Notes: generated by a model from the sequence alone, not told the origin. A DNA stretch of 64,000 nt from Alphaproteobacteria bacterium (GCA_965205265.1 CBDBGH010000003.1:4320001-4384000), one strand, 5' to 3'; numbered from the stretch's first letter, positions 1-9,482 are shown. A program made the numbers and translations.

Positions 1-164
1 TGGGCGCCGACCGCATTGAGATCGAGGGACCGGCCGACACCGACATGGACGCGCTGAAGCGCATGGGATGCACCGTCGAGATCGTCTCCTTCCGCGCGCG
101 GATATTCGCGCCCAATGCCGGTGCGATGGAGCGCATCCTCGACCGCTGGCCGCTCGCAGCCTGA
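1..164 (+). CDS. C-terminal end of probable strawberry-notch-like methylase/helicase (partial, runs off window)
   Basis: Frame 3 reads GADRIEIEGPADTDMDALKRMGCTVEIVSFRARIFAPNAGAMERILDRWPLAA*, resembling the C-terminus of strawberry-notch family proteins of alphaproteobacterial plasmids/ICEs (recalled similarity). Confidence 0.55.
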   Translation, partial: GADRIEIEGPADTDMDALKRMGCTVEIVSFRARIFAPNAGAMERILDRWPLAA

Positions 165-319
165 GCGGTCCGCGCGATACGTATGGCCGGCCCGCCGTCC
201 TCCGCACAACCGTGCGCAGGGGCATGCCGCCCGCGAATCCACCCAACGACAGGCTCGCGCCGCCGTCCGCCCGGATACATATTGCCGGCCAGGCGGCGGC
301 CGCCCGAAGGAGAGACGCC

Positions 320-589
320 ATGACCGCGCAGACCCTGCCCGACGAACCCAACTTTTGCTTCGTTCCCGCCTACGACGTCGAGACCGATGTGCAGCAGATC
401 CGCATCGTCATCGAAGGCATGGCCGGGCACGTTCCAACCGCCTTGATCGCGCTGAACCTGGACGATGCGCTGAGCATTTGCGACAAGCTGAACCGAAGGC
501 TCGGGTACGACCGCGAGGCCTGGACCGCCATGGCCGCCGCCTCCATGCAGGCCGAGGACGACGATCCGGAGGGCGGCGCCTGGCATTGA
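320..589 (+). CDS. hypothetical protein (89 aa)
   Basis: AAGGAGAG RBS upstream of ATG at 320; protein-like composition from MTAQTLPDEP onward. Confidence 0.65.
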   Translation: MTAQTLPDEPNFCFVPAYDVETDVQQIRIVIEGMAGHVPTALIALNLDDALSICDKLNRRLGYDREAWTAMAAASMQAEDDDPEGGAWH

Positions 590-603
590 CGTGCCGCCCC
601 GTC

Positions 604-632
604 TTGTCCGCTTATGGCGAATCCCCTATAGT
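604..632 (+). promoter_or_regulatory. putative sigma70 promoter of the TA operon
   Basis: TTGTCC (604-609), 17 bp spacer, TATAGT (627-632), just upstream of the toxin ATG. Confidence 0.45.
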
Positions 633-649
633 ACGGAGTCGACAAAGAC

Positions 650-1006
650 ATGTTGAAACCGGTCGAATGGGTCGGCTCCAGCAAGGCGGATCTGAAGCGC
701 TTCCCGGACCCCGTGCAGAACCGCATGGGGTTTGCGATCTACCGCGCCCAGCTCGGACGTCGGCACCGGGACGCGAAGCCCCTCAAGGGGTTCGGTTCGG
801 GCGTCGTGGAGGTGGTCGCACGCCACGACGGCGACACCTTCCGGGCCGTCTACACGGTCCGGTTCGAGACCGCCGTCTACGTCCTGCACGCCTTCCAGAA
901 GAAGGCCCGGCGGGGTATCGCGACCCCGAAGCAGGAGCTCGACCTGGTCCGGCGCCGCCTGCGCGCCGCCGAACAGCACTATCGTGACACCCACCGCGGA
1001 GACTGA
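650..1006 (+). CDS. type II toxin, RelE/ParE superfamily (HigB/Gp49-like)
   Basis: Motifs VEWVGSSKADL, AKPLKGFG, FRAVY, VYVLHAFQKK; lies upstream of an HTH antitoxin. Confidence 0.9.
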   Translation: MLKPVEWVGSSKADLKRFPDPVQNRMGFAIYRAQLGRRHRDAKPLKGFGSGVVEVVARHDGDTFRAVYTVRFETAVYVLHAFQKKARRGIATPKQELDLVRRRLRAAEQHYRDTHRGD

Positions 1007-1010
1007 CGCC

Positions 1011-1349
1011 ATGGAACCCGACGACACCGCCGTGGAGCGCGGCAGCGGCAACGTCTTCGCCGATCTCGGCTTTCCCGACGCCGACGCGCACCTCGTCAAG
1101 GCCGAACTGGTGAGCCGCATCGACGACATCGTGCGCCAACGCGGCATCACCCAGACCGAGGCCGCGCGGCTGCTTGGGCTCTCCCAGCCCGACGTCTCGC
1201 GGCTGCTCAGGGGCGACTTCCGCGAGTATTCGCTGGAGCGCCTGTTCCGCCTGCTCAACGCGCTCGGGCGCGACATCGACATCGTCGTCAGACAGCCCCG
1301 TTCCGCCGCCGGCGGCAGGTTGCGGATCGCCGTCACGGAAACAGCCTGA
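1011..1349 (+). CDS. XRE/HigA-type antitoxin (HTH_37-like)
   Basis: GSGNVFADLG motif plus HTH TQTEAARLLGLSQPDVSRLLRG; ATG at 1011. Confidence 0.9.
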   Translation: MEPDDTAVERGSGNVFADLGFPDADAHLVKAELVSRIDDIVRQRGITQTEAARLLGLSQPDVSRLLRGDFREYSLERLFRLLNALGRDIDIVVRQPRSAAGGRLRIAVTETA

Positions 1350-1601
1350 CACCCCCTTCCTGGGGTCGGATTACCGATCCCGCCCGCTTCTGCTGCGCAG
1401 CCGGCCCGCCGTTGGCCGTTCGCTGCCTCGCTCCCGACCGATCGCTGAAGGCGTCTCGCCGGTCCGCCATCCGCCGCCCGGCCTCGCCTTCGGTCGTGCC
1501 GGCCTCGACCCGCCGCGCTGGCGTCGGCGCCGGACGAAGGGACGATCCCGGCAAGTAGCGAGCGGCATCTCGCTGCGCAGCCGGCCCGGCGCCGTCTCCG
1601 G

Positions 1602-1994
1602 TCAGCCCCTCCAGGCGAGCCACCACCACGCGAGCCAGACGGGCGCGCCGAGCGCCACGGCGCAGACCGCGATCGCGAGCGGCCCGAGCAACCCGGCCGG
1701 CAGCGCCGCCACCACCGTCGCCGCTCCAAGCGCAATCCCCGCGATCCAGGCGCCGCGCCGGTAGCCGAGCCGCCACAGCCTCCGGCATCCGAGCGCGAGC
1801 GGCAGGCCGCAGGGCACGAAGGGCGCCAGCGACAGCCCCTCCATCGCCATCGCTGCCAGCCACGGCCCGAGCGTCCCCGCCGCGGCCGCGTCCGGCCCGA
1901 ACCGCACCGCCGCCTGCGCCACGATCCCGGCCGGCAGCCAGAGCAGCGCCAGCGGCCAGAACCCGTGACGCCCGATCCATCCGCGCCCGTCCAT
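1602..1994 (-). CDS. hypothetical membrane protein
   Basis: Several hydrophobic, Trp-rich segments from MDGRGWIGRHGFWPLALLW onward. Confidence 0.6.
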   Translation of the reverse strand: MDGRGWIGRHGFWPLALLWLPAGIVAQAAVRFGPDAAAAGTLGPWLAAMAMEGLSLAPFVPCGLPLALGCRRLWRLGYRRGAWIAGIALGAATVVAALPAGLLGPLAIAVCAVALGAPVWLAWWWLAWRG

Positions 1995-2131
1995 GCCGTA
2001 GCGATGCACCAGGCCGGGGCGGCGTTCAAGCGGGACCGACCGCATGTCACCGGGGAGGTGGAGGAGAGCATGCCGAGAGCGAGGCCGCTGACGGAGAGGG
2101 AGCGGCGGAATCGCAACCGGGGAGATCGGAC

Positions 2132-2668
2132 ATGGCGACATTGCGATATGCGGGGATCGGGGCGCGGGCGACACCGGCGGCCGTGCTGGGGGACATGGCG
2201 GTGATGGCGGGATGGCTGGCGCGGACCGGCTGGCATCTGTCATCTGGCGGGGCGGACGGGGCCGACAGCGCGTTTGCCGAGGGAGCGCCGACGGACCAGC
2301 GGGCGATCTGGCTGCCGTGGCGGGGCTACAACGGGCATCGCGGGCCGGACTGCCGGGTGCTGTCGGCGGCGGCGATGGCGGCGTGCATGGAGATCGCGGC
2401 GCCCCTGCATCCGGCGTGGGAGCGGTGTTCGCCGGCCGTCCGCAAGCTGCATGCCAGGAACGCGACGGTGCTTCTGGACGAGGCGCTGGACCGGCCGGTC
2501 GATGCGGTCGTGTGCTGGACTGCTGAAGGGCGCGAAGAGGGCGGCACCGGCATGGCCATCCGCATCGCCGAGGCCCGCGGCATCCCGGTGTTCAATCTGG
2601 GGACGATGACGCCGCGGGCGGTGTGCGAGCGCCTGGCCGCGATCCGCCGCGCCGTCCCTTCACCGTAG
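2132..2668 (+). CDS. SLOG/DprA-like Rossmann-fold protein
   Basis: YAGIGARATP, SSGGADGADSAF, LHARN, GGTGMAIRIA..GIPVFNL motifs; GGAGA RBS. Confidence 0.75.
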   Translation: MATLRYAGIGARATPAAVLGDMAVMAGWLARTGWHLSSGGADGADSAFAEGAPTDQRAIWLPWRGYNGHRGPDCRVLSAAAMAACMEIAAPLHPAWERCSPAVRKLHARNATVLLDEALDRPVDAVVCWTAEGREEGGTGMAIRIAEARGIPVFNLGTMTPRAVCERLAAIRRAVPSP

Positions 2669-2716
2669 AGCAGGAGGAGAGCGCCTGTCGGGCGAGTGTC
2701 CGGCAGGCCGGAGGGA

Positions 2717-4646
2717 GTGCGCCAGGCTAACTGGTGCCAGTGTAGCCGGTGAAAGTCCGGCAGGAAGGAGAAGGTGAGCCACCACTTCCACCCCGAGTCA
2801 TGGGCCGTCGCTCGCGAGGGCGGGGGTCAAGCGTTGACAGGGGCGCGTGCGGACAGGGCTATCGAGCACCGAAAGATCCTTAGTCCGGGATGCCGAGACC
2901 TTTTCCTCGGTCGAAGGCAGCATCCGACCCACCGTTATGGCGAGGGGGGTCGGAGTCCCGCGGTGTCCAAGAACCCATGCACGTACGTAAGCACTGCACC
3001 GGGACCTGGGAGGTCTCCATGCCATCCCGCTGTCGTGGCAGGATCGCAAAGGAAAGGAGTAGTCCGTAACCGATGATGAACGGCATGGAGAAGTCAGACT
3101 CGGCCATAGTAGCCGTGAAGCCGGCGAACAAAGGGGCGTCAGCCTCGGCGGAGCCGGTGGAGCCAAGGGCCGAGCCCAAGGGGAATCCGGAAGGCCAAAG
3201 CACGCGCCGGACGCAGAACCGGGAAAGCGTGTCACAGGCGGCCGACCGGATACGGCAGTTTGTACAAAGGGAACGCAAGGTGCGTCTCACGACGCTCCTT
3301 CACCATGTCACGGTCGATGCGCTTCGCTGGGCGTTCTTCGAGCTAAAGAAGAACGCGGCGGCGGGCGCGGATGGCATGACGTGGCGGATGTACGGGAAGG
3401 AACTGGAAGGCCGCTTGGCCGACCTGCACGACCGCGTGCATTCGGGAGCGTACCGGGCGACGCCATCGCGACGGGTGAACATCCCGAAGCCGGATGGCGG
3501 TACACGACCGCTCGGCGTCGCGGCCATCGAGGACAAGATCGTCCAGAAGGTCGTGGCGGAGATAATCCTGACGCCGATCTACGAGGCGGAGTTCCTGGGG
3601 TTCAGCTACGGGTTCCGGCCCGGTCGTGGGGCGCACAATGCGCTCGATGCGATCGCGGTCGGCATCGACAAGTTCAAGATCAACTGGGTGGTCGATTGCG
3701 ACATCCGCAAATTCTTCGACACGGTGTCGAGGGACTGGCTGGTCCGGTTCCTTGAACACCGCATCGCGGACAAGCGGGTCATCAGGCTGATCATCAAGTG
3801 GCTGAACGCCGGCGTCATGGAAGATGGAGAGAGGCGGGACGACCTGCGGGGGACCCCGCAGGGATCGGTGATTTCGCCGATCCTGGCGAACGTCTACCTG
3901 CATTACGTCCTCGATCTCTGGTTCCATAAGAAGTGGCGCAGCCACGAGGTCTACGGCGACGCGATCATCGTGCGGTACGCCGACGACTTCGTGGTTGGTT
4001 TCCAGCACAAGCAGGACGCGGAGCGATTTCTGGATGCCCTGAAGGAGCGGTTCGGAAGCTTCGAACTGGAACTGCATCCCGACAAGACCCGGCTCATCGA
4101 GTTCGGGCGATTTGCCCCTAGAAACCGTCGGCGACGAGGGCAGGGCAAACCGGAGACTTTCGACTTTCTGGGCTTCACGCACTACTGCACGGAGACCAGA
4201 GGCGGGCGTTTCCAGTTGGGGCGCAAGCCGGTTGCGGAGCGGATGGCCCGCACACTGAAGCGGATAAAGGAAGCGCTATGCAGCCGAATGCATGACAACG
4301 CCGAAGAAACGGCGAGGTGGCTGGGCAAGGTGCTTGACGGATGGCTGAACTACTTTGCCGTCCCGATGAGCCACCGATACCTGAGCCGCTTCGCCTCGCG
4401 CCTGAAGCGGATGTGGATCGCGATCACGCGCCGCAGATCGCAACGGGACCGCTTCGGCTGGGCACAGGTCGACAAGTTGACGACCAAGTACTGGCCCAAG
4501 GTGGAAATCCGGCACCCGTGGCCGAACCGACGACTTGCCGTCAGCGTGTATGGGAACAGCGCAACCCGAGGGAGGAGCCGGATGCCTTAGCGGGCACGTC
4601 CGGATCTGTGCGGGGGGCGCCGGGCAACCGGCGTCCCTACCGCGAT
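2717..4646 (+). mobile_element. group II intron (IIB, RmInt1/class D-like)
   Basis: 5' GTGCG at 2717; domain V/VI GAGCCGGATGCCTTAGCGGGCACGTCCGGATCTGTGCGGGGGG...CCCTACCGCGAT ending at 4646; candidate EBS1 loop TTTTCCTC at 2901-2908 closed by a GACC/GGTC stem. Confidence 0.9.
3073..4590 (+). CDS. ltrA: group II intron reverse transcriptase/maturase (no endonuclease domain)
   Basis: IPKPDGGTRPLG, SYGFRPGR, GTPQGSVISP, RYADDF, FDFLGF motifs; stop codon lies in domain V. Confidence 0.95.
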   Translation: MMNGMEKSDSAIVAVKPANKGASASAEPVEPRAEPKGNPEGQSTRRTQNRESVSQAADRIRQFVQRERKVRLTTLLHHVTVDALRWAFFELKKNAAAGADGMTWRMYGKELEGRLADLHDRVHSGAYRATPSRRVNIPKPDGGTRPLGVAAIEDKIVQKVVAEIILTPIYEAEFLGFSYGFRPGRGAHNALDAIAVGIDKFKINWVVDCDIRKFFDTVSRDWLVRFLEHRIADKRVIRLIIKWLNAGVMEDGERRDDLRGTPQGSVISPILANVYLHYVLDLWFHKKWRSHEVYGDAIIVRYADDFVVGFQHKQDAERFLDALKERFGSFELELHPDKTRLIEFGRFAPRNRRRRGQGKPETFDFLGFTHYCTETRGGRFQLGRKPVAERMARTLKRIKEALCSRMHDNAEETARWLGKVLDGWLNYFAVPMSHRYLSRFASRLKRMWIAITRRRSQRDRFGWAQVDKLTTKYWPKVEIRHPWPNRRLAVSVYGNSATRGRSRMP

Positions 4647-4647
4647 C

Positions 4648-5337
4648 TGGTTCGCCTCGCTTCGGTCGACGCCGGTCGCTGCGGACCGGTCGCTGCCGGT
4701 GTTGTCCGTCATCATGCGGGAAGCGGAGGCCATGGGCCTGCGCCCCGAGGGCTCCAATCCCTGCCGGGGCATCCGCCGCTACCGCCGCAAGGGTCGCGAG
4801 CGGTTCCTCTCCGACGAGGACATCCGCCGTCTGTCCGCGCGGCTCAGGGTGCATGAAACCCGCTGGCCGCAGCAGGCGGCGCTCGTCCGGCTTCTGCTGC
4901 TGACCGGCTGCCGCAAGAGCGAACTCCTAACCCTGCAATGGTCGGATTACCGCGAGGGCCATCTGTTCCTGCGCGACAGCAAGACGGGACCGAGGACCGT
5001 ATGGCTCTCGGAACCAGCCCGGGTCGTTCTCGACGCCCTTGCCCGAAGGAACCGCTGGGTCTTTCCGGCGGAACAGGAAGATCGGCCTCGATGCACCGAG
5101 TGGCCGTCGCGCTTCTGGAACACGGTTCGCGCGGAAGCGGAACTGAACGACCTGCGCCTTCATGACTTGCGCCACTCATATGCGAGCCTGGCGCTCAGGC
5201 GGGGCGAGAACATCCTCGCCATCGGCAGGCTGCTGGGCCACCGCAAAGCGGAGACGACGCTGAAATACACGCATGCTGCCGACGCCATGATGCACGAGGC
5301 CGTCGAGACGGTCGGCTCAGTTCTGGGAGGAAACTGA
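4648..5337 (+). pseudogene. tyrosine integrase lacking its N-terminal part
   Basis: Frame starts right after the intron (WFASLRSTPVAADRSLPVLS); LLTGCRKSE, HDLRH, LLGH, KYTH catalytic motifs; no arm-binding N-terminus present. Confidence 0.85.
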
Positions 5338-5340
5338 CCC

Positions 5341-6498
5341 ATGGCAGCCAGGGAACGCATGAAACTCACCGACGCGGCCGTCGCCCGCCTCCGTTCCCGC
5401 GAGCGAGAATACACGCTTTGGGACAGCCGCGTCCCCGGCCTCGGGGTCCGGGTCCGGCCTTCCGGGGGCAAGAGCTGGGTGCTGCTTCTCGACGCCGGCG
5501 GGCGCACGAAGCGCCTCTCTCTCGGGCCGGTTTCCGTAATGGGTGCTGCCGACGCCCGTCGCGAGGCTCTCGACCGGCTGGCCGGTCCGCCACCGCAGGA
5601 GACGGCCGGACCGGAAGACACGGTCCCGCTGTTCCGGGATTTTGTGGCGGGGCGGTGGAAGGAGGTCCACTTCGACCGCTACAAGCCATCGGGCCGCAAG
5701 ACCGCGTCCAAATATCTGAGGCGCCAGCTTCTTCCCACCTTCGGTTCGAAGCCGCTCGACCGCATTTCTCCGACTCATGTCAGGCGCTGGTTCGACCGAT
5801 ACAGCCGGACCGCGCCGGGCGGCGCCAATCGCGCCCTCAATATTCTTTGCCAGATCCTGAACTTCGCCGTCGCCTGCGGCCATGTCGAGGCCAACCCGAC
5901 CAAAGGCTTACGGAGAAACCGCCGCCCGGCGCTTACGCGGTTCCTGTCTCGCGAGGAAATCGCCCGCCTGCACGAGGTGCTGGACGCGCAGACCCGGAAA
6001 GGCAGCCGGCAGCAGGCCGACATCGTCCGCCTCCTGCTGCTCACCGGCTGCCGCAAGGGCGAGATTGTCGGCCTGCGCTGGTCCGAGGTTCACGACGGCA
6101 TGCTGGCCCTTGCCGACAGCAAGACGGGGCCGAGAAAGGTCCCGCTCAACACACAGGCTCGCGCGATTCTCAACCGGCAGCCGCGCGCGGGCAGCCCGTT
6201 CGTGTTTCCCTCACCGCGCGACCCCGCCCGGCCGCGCGGTCCCGACCTCCCGCTCTGGTATCGCGTGCGCCGCAAGGCCGGCATTGAGGACGTGCGCGTT
6301 CACGACCTGCGCCATACCATGGCCAGCCATGCGGTGATGAACGGCGTGCCCGTGCCGGTGGTCTCGCAGCTGCTCGGGCATTCCAACGTGCAAATGACGC
6401 TGCGCTACGCCCATCTCGCCGACCGTGACATCGAAGCCGCAGCCGAACGGATCGGGAAAGCCGTCGGGGTGCTGATGAACATAGGCACCGTGAAATAG
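5341..6498 (+). CDS. tyrosine integrase with arm-DNA-binding N-terminal domain
   Basis: WDSRVPGLGVRVRPSGGKSW N-terminus; LTGCRKGE, HDLRH, LLGH, RYAH motifs. Confidence 0.92.
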   Translation: MAARERMKLTDAAVARLRSREREYTLWDSRVPGLGVRVRPSGGKSWVLLLDAGGRTKRLSLGPVSVMGAADARREALDRLAGPPPQETAGPEDTVPLFRDFVAGRWKEVHFDRYKPSGRKTASKYLRRQLLPTFGSKPLDRISPTHVRRWFDRYSRTAPGGANRALNILCQILNFAVACGHVEANPTKGLRRNRRPALTRFLSREEIARLHEVLDAQTRKGSRQQADIVRLLLLTGCRKGEIVGLRWSEVHDGMLALADSKTGPRKVPLNTQARAILNRQPRAGSPFVFPSPRDPARPRGPDLPLWYRVRRKAGIEDVRVHDLRHTMASHAVMNGVPVPVVSQLLGHSNVQMTLRYAHLADRDIEAAAERIGKAVGVLMNIGTVK

Positions 6499-6546
6499 CA
6501 TCTCCACCACAGGCACTCCTGCATTCGTGGGCACGGCTGTCGCACT

Positions 6547-6574
6547 CGTTCCCGTAATCGGCATTATGCGACGG
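6547..6574. promoter_or_regulatory. dif/RIT-like tyrosine recombinase site at the junction of the integrase element and IS5
   Basis: CGTTCCCGTAA-TCGGCA-TTATGCGACGG (11-6-11 layout); IS5 similarity starts inside the right arm. Confidence 0.45.
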
Positions 6575-6744
6575 TGGGTAGTCGAACGCACCTTCGCATG
6601 GCTCGGGCGCTGTCGACGGCTCGCAAAGGACAGGGAAAAATCCATCGCCTCCAGCGAGGCATGGATCAACATCGCCCACATACGCCTCACTACGCGACGC
6701 CTCGCAAGGGCCTGGAAAACTTGATGGAGTCTCGAATCAGGCTC
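6568..6744 (+). mobile_element. IS5-family (IS1031-like) 3' remnant with right IR
   Basis: RRWVVERTFAWLGRCRRLAKD.EK, nearly identical to 46475-46621; ends GAATCAGGCTC followed by TTA. Confidence 0.88.
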
Positions 6745-8199
6745 TTAGGTAACGTGGCGGCAGTGGTGGCTGTCATCGGCATAATAAGCGCGCACGGCGT
6801 CCCGGCGCCGTCGATGGCGGCCCGATTGTTCGGCGTCCATGGCGGCCATTCGCCGGGCGCGCTTCATGAGTTCGCGCTCTGCGTCTCCCAAGTCCAGGCC
6901 GGTCAGAGCTCCGTCGCTTACCAACTCGCGCCCGGCGACCAGCAGGCTACGCACATGACGGGAAGTCGCCCGCGTCAGCACGACATCGAGTTCGTCTTCG
7001 TCCGCAATCAGGAAGTCCTCGCGCATGCCGGCATAGTCCAGCACGATAAGGTCCGCCCTCGCGCCGCGCGCAATCTCGCCGTAGTCGTCGCTGCCGTCGA
7101 TGCACCGGAAACCGTCGCGGCATGCCGCATCGAACAGGCGGCCGGGCGGAAAGGCCGGCTCGAGGCCGGTGCCGTTATGCAGACGCCAGGCGAGGCGCAG
7201 GTCTCGGAAGTAATCCTGATCGTCGTCATGCGCACAGCCGTCGAGCCCGAAGCCGAAGCGCAGCCCGTGTTGCATGAACCGCGCTACCGGCGCCATGCCG
7301 GAGCGCATTCTGAAATTGCTGGAGGTGTTGACGGCCACGGTGACGCCGCGCTCGGCCAGCAGTGCGCACTCGTCGTCGGTGAGATGCACCCCATGGGCGA
7401 GGGTCAGCCGGGGCGAGAGCAGGCCGATATCGTCAAGGAAGCAGACGATGCCCTGCGGATAGGTGGCGTCCAGCCACTCACGCTGGCGTCGCGATTCCAG
7501 CAGGTGCATGTGGACGCGGCGGTCGTTGGTCGCGGACGCCTCCGCGATGCGCTCAAGGGTAACGTCGTGGCACCATTGCGGCCCGATAGGTCCGTACTGG
7601 ACCTGGAACAGCTCGGTCTCATGCGCTTCTGCGACGGCTTCGACCTGCTCGACCAGATGAAGCGCCGGCCCACCATCCGCGATCGCAGCTTCCATGTCGG
7701 CGCGGTCGGCCGGTGGCAGGTAAGGCAGAAGCGCGCGCTGGTCGCCATACACCCATGGATTGCGGTCCCGAACGGGGCATGAGAACGCGATCCGTATGCC
7801 GACATCGGCTGCAGCGAGCGCGACCCCTGCGGCTTCCGACTCCAGGCTGTCCGCCACCAGCGAGTTGTGGCAGTGGACGGTTGCCCCGATACCGGCAAGC
7901 GCCATCCGGCCGAACGCGACAGCGGCCTCCAGGCGGGGGTCGATCGTCGCCCTGCTGAAGGACGCGATCCAGCATTCCAGCGCATCGTCGGCGCCGCCGA
8001 GCGCGGGCGGGCGTATGCCATAGCCGTGGTCATGGGCGTTGACCATTGCGGGCAGCGCGATACGTCCGTTTCGGCACGGGCCCTGGGTCTCCTCGATCCC
8101 GGAGATGCGGCCCTCTGCAAACATCAAACGAACGTCGCGAGCGGCAGGGAGATGGCCGGGGGCCGCGAGAAGACGTTCGACCTCCAGGGTCCCGGTCAT
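6745..8199 (-). CDS. metal-dependent amidohydrolase (deaminase family)
   Basis: VNAHDH, VHMHLLE, LAHGVH, FGLDG motifs; start MTGTLE overlaps the LysR stop (ATGA). Confidence 0.88.
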   Translation of the reverse strand: MTGTLEVERLLAAPGHLPAARDVRLMFAEGRISGIEETQGPCRNGRIALPAMVNAHDHGYGIRPPALGGADDALECWIASFSRATIDPRLEAAVAFGRMALAGIGATVHCHNSLVADSLESEAAGVALAAADVGIRIAFSCPVRDRNPWVYGDQRALLPYLPPADRADMEAAIADGGPALHLVEQVEAVAEAHETELFQVQYGPIGPQWCHDVTLERIAEASATNDRRVHMHLLESRRQREWLDATYPQGIVCFLDDIGLLSPRLTLAHGVHLTDDECALLAERGVTVAVNTSSNFRMRSGMAPVARFMQHGLRFGFGLDGCAHDDDQDYFRDLRLAWRLHNGTGLEPAFPPGRLFDAACRDGFRCIDGSDDYGEIARGARADLIVLDYAGMREDFLIADEDELDVVLTRATSRHVRSLLVAGRELVSDGALTGLDLGDAERELMKRARRMAAMDAEQSGRHRRRRDAVRAYYADDSHHCRHVT

Positions 8200-9119
8200 G
8201 GTTCGTCCCCTCGATCGAGGTCGGCGCCGAACGAGGCGAGCGCACTCCGGAGATGCTCGCCCATCGCCTGCCCGGCCACGGTCGGCAGACGGTCGGAGGG
8301 CGCGACCAGGCAGAGGCGCAGGTCCGACAGGCGCTCTCCTTCCAGCGGAACCGCGACCAGTTGCCTGCTGGCCAGCTCTTCGGAGAACCCCAGCCGCGTA
8401 TAGAACGAAATCCCGACACCCCGCAGCAGAAGGCGCTTGAGCACCGCCTGGGTGTTCGAGACCGCTACCGGCTTGTGCGCCCTCTTGAACGCTTCCAGCT
8501 CGTCGCCGACGAAGGGCTGCATCGTATTGGCCGGAGCCTGGTAGATCAGGCGATGGGCGCCGCACTCGTCGAGCGTGACGGAGGTGCGCGACGCCAGCTC
8601 ATGGTCCGGTTTCATGACCACGCACATCGGACAGGCGATGTCCTCGAGCACGGTGACGCCGCGCCGCCAGGCCGGCAAGAAGGTCAAGCCGAGGTCGGCG
8701 CTCCCCTGGGAGACTGAGTGCATGGCCTCGATGGGATCGCAGGCCGTGACGCGAACCTGCACCGCTGGGTGTGCCGCAACGAATTGCGCCACCGCTTCGG
8801 GCAGGAAATGCACGGCCGGGCTGTCCAGCGTGGCGATGGTCACGTCGCCGCTGACGATGCCGCGCAGACCGTCGATATCGCCGCGCAGCCGGGCGAAGTC
8901 GTGCAGCGTGTCGCGCGCATGGCGCAGCACGAGCCGGCCGGCATCGGTCAGCCGCATGCCGTCAGGACGGCGCTCGAACAGCGGCGTGCCGAGGTGGTCC
9001 TCGAGCTTCAGAATCTGCCGGTTCACGGCGGAGGCGGAGATATGAAGCCGGTCCGAAGCACGGCGGATCGAGCCCTCTTCGGCCACCGCCTCGAAGTAGC
9101 GCAGCACCGCGGCATGCAT
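8196..9119 (-). CDS. LysR family transcriptional regulator
   Basis: LRYFEAVAEEGSIRRASDRLHISASAVNRQILKLE HTH; about 300 aa. Confidence 0.95.
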   Translation of the reverse strand: MHAAVLRYFEAVAEEGSIRRASDRLHISASAVNRQILKLEDHLGTPLFERRPDGMRLTDAGRLVLRHARDTLHDFARLRGDIDGLRGIVSGDVTIATLDSPAVHFLPEAVAQFVAAHPAVQVRVTACDPIEAMHSVSQGSADLGLTFLPAWRRGVTVLEDIACPMCVVMKPDHELASRTSVTLDECGAHRLIYQAPANTMQPFVGDELEAFKRAHKPVAVSNTQAVLKRLLLRGVGISFYTRLGFSEELASRQLVAVPLEGERLSDLRLCLVAPSDRLPTVAGQAMGEHLRSALASFGADLDRGDEP

Positions 9120-9125
9120 TCCCGG

Positions 9126-9458
9126 TCAGCCTCCATTCGACTTCCACCCGGCGACGACCGGGTGGTCCTGCCCGGTGCGAAAATCCGGACCCAGACCGCC
9201 CGGCTGACCCCAGTCGGTGACTGTATCACCGAAGAACTCGGCGTTGACGGCGGTGAAGCCGGCGGAGCCCGGCGGCAGGTCGTCCTCGTACCAGATGGCG
9301 TCCACCGGGCAGACGGACACGCAGACCGCACAGTTGATGCATTCGTCGGGCTGGATATAGAACATCCGCCCGCCCTCATAGATACAGTCCACCGGACAGA
9401 CTTCGGTGCAGACTCCATCCTTTATGTCGATACAGGCCTCGGCAATGACGTAGGTCAT
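9126..9458 (-). CDS. ferredoxin (7Fe, FdxA-like)
   Basis: MTYVIAEAC...C.EVCPVDCI and ECINCAVCVSVCPVDAI cysteine motifs. Confidence 0.92.
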   Translation of the reverse strand: MTYVIAEACIDIKDGVCTEVCPVDCIYEGGRMFYIQPDECINCAVCVSVCPVDAIWYEDDLPPGSAGFTAVNAEFFGDTVTDWGQPGGLGPDFRTGQDHPVVAGWKSNGG

Positions 9459-9482
9459 GGGGGCGCTCCGTCTGCCCGGGGG

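Noticed and set aside
3073-4590. Reverse transcriptase as a retron, DGR or defence RT
   Set aside because: It has a GTGCG 5' end, canonical domains V/VI and a YADD motif, so it is an ordinary group II intron protein.
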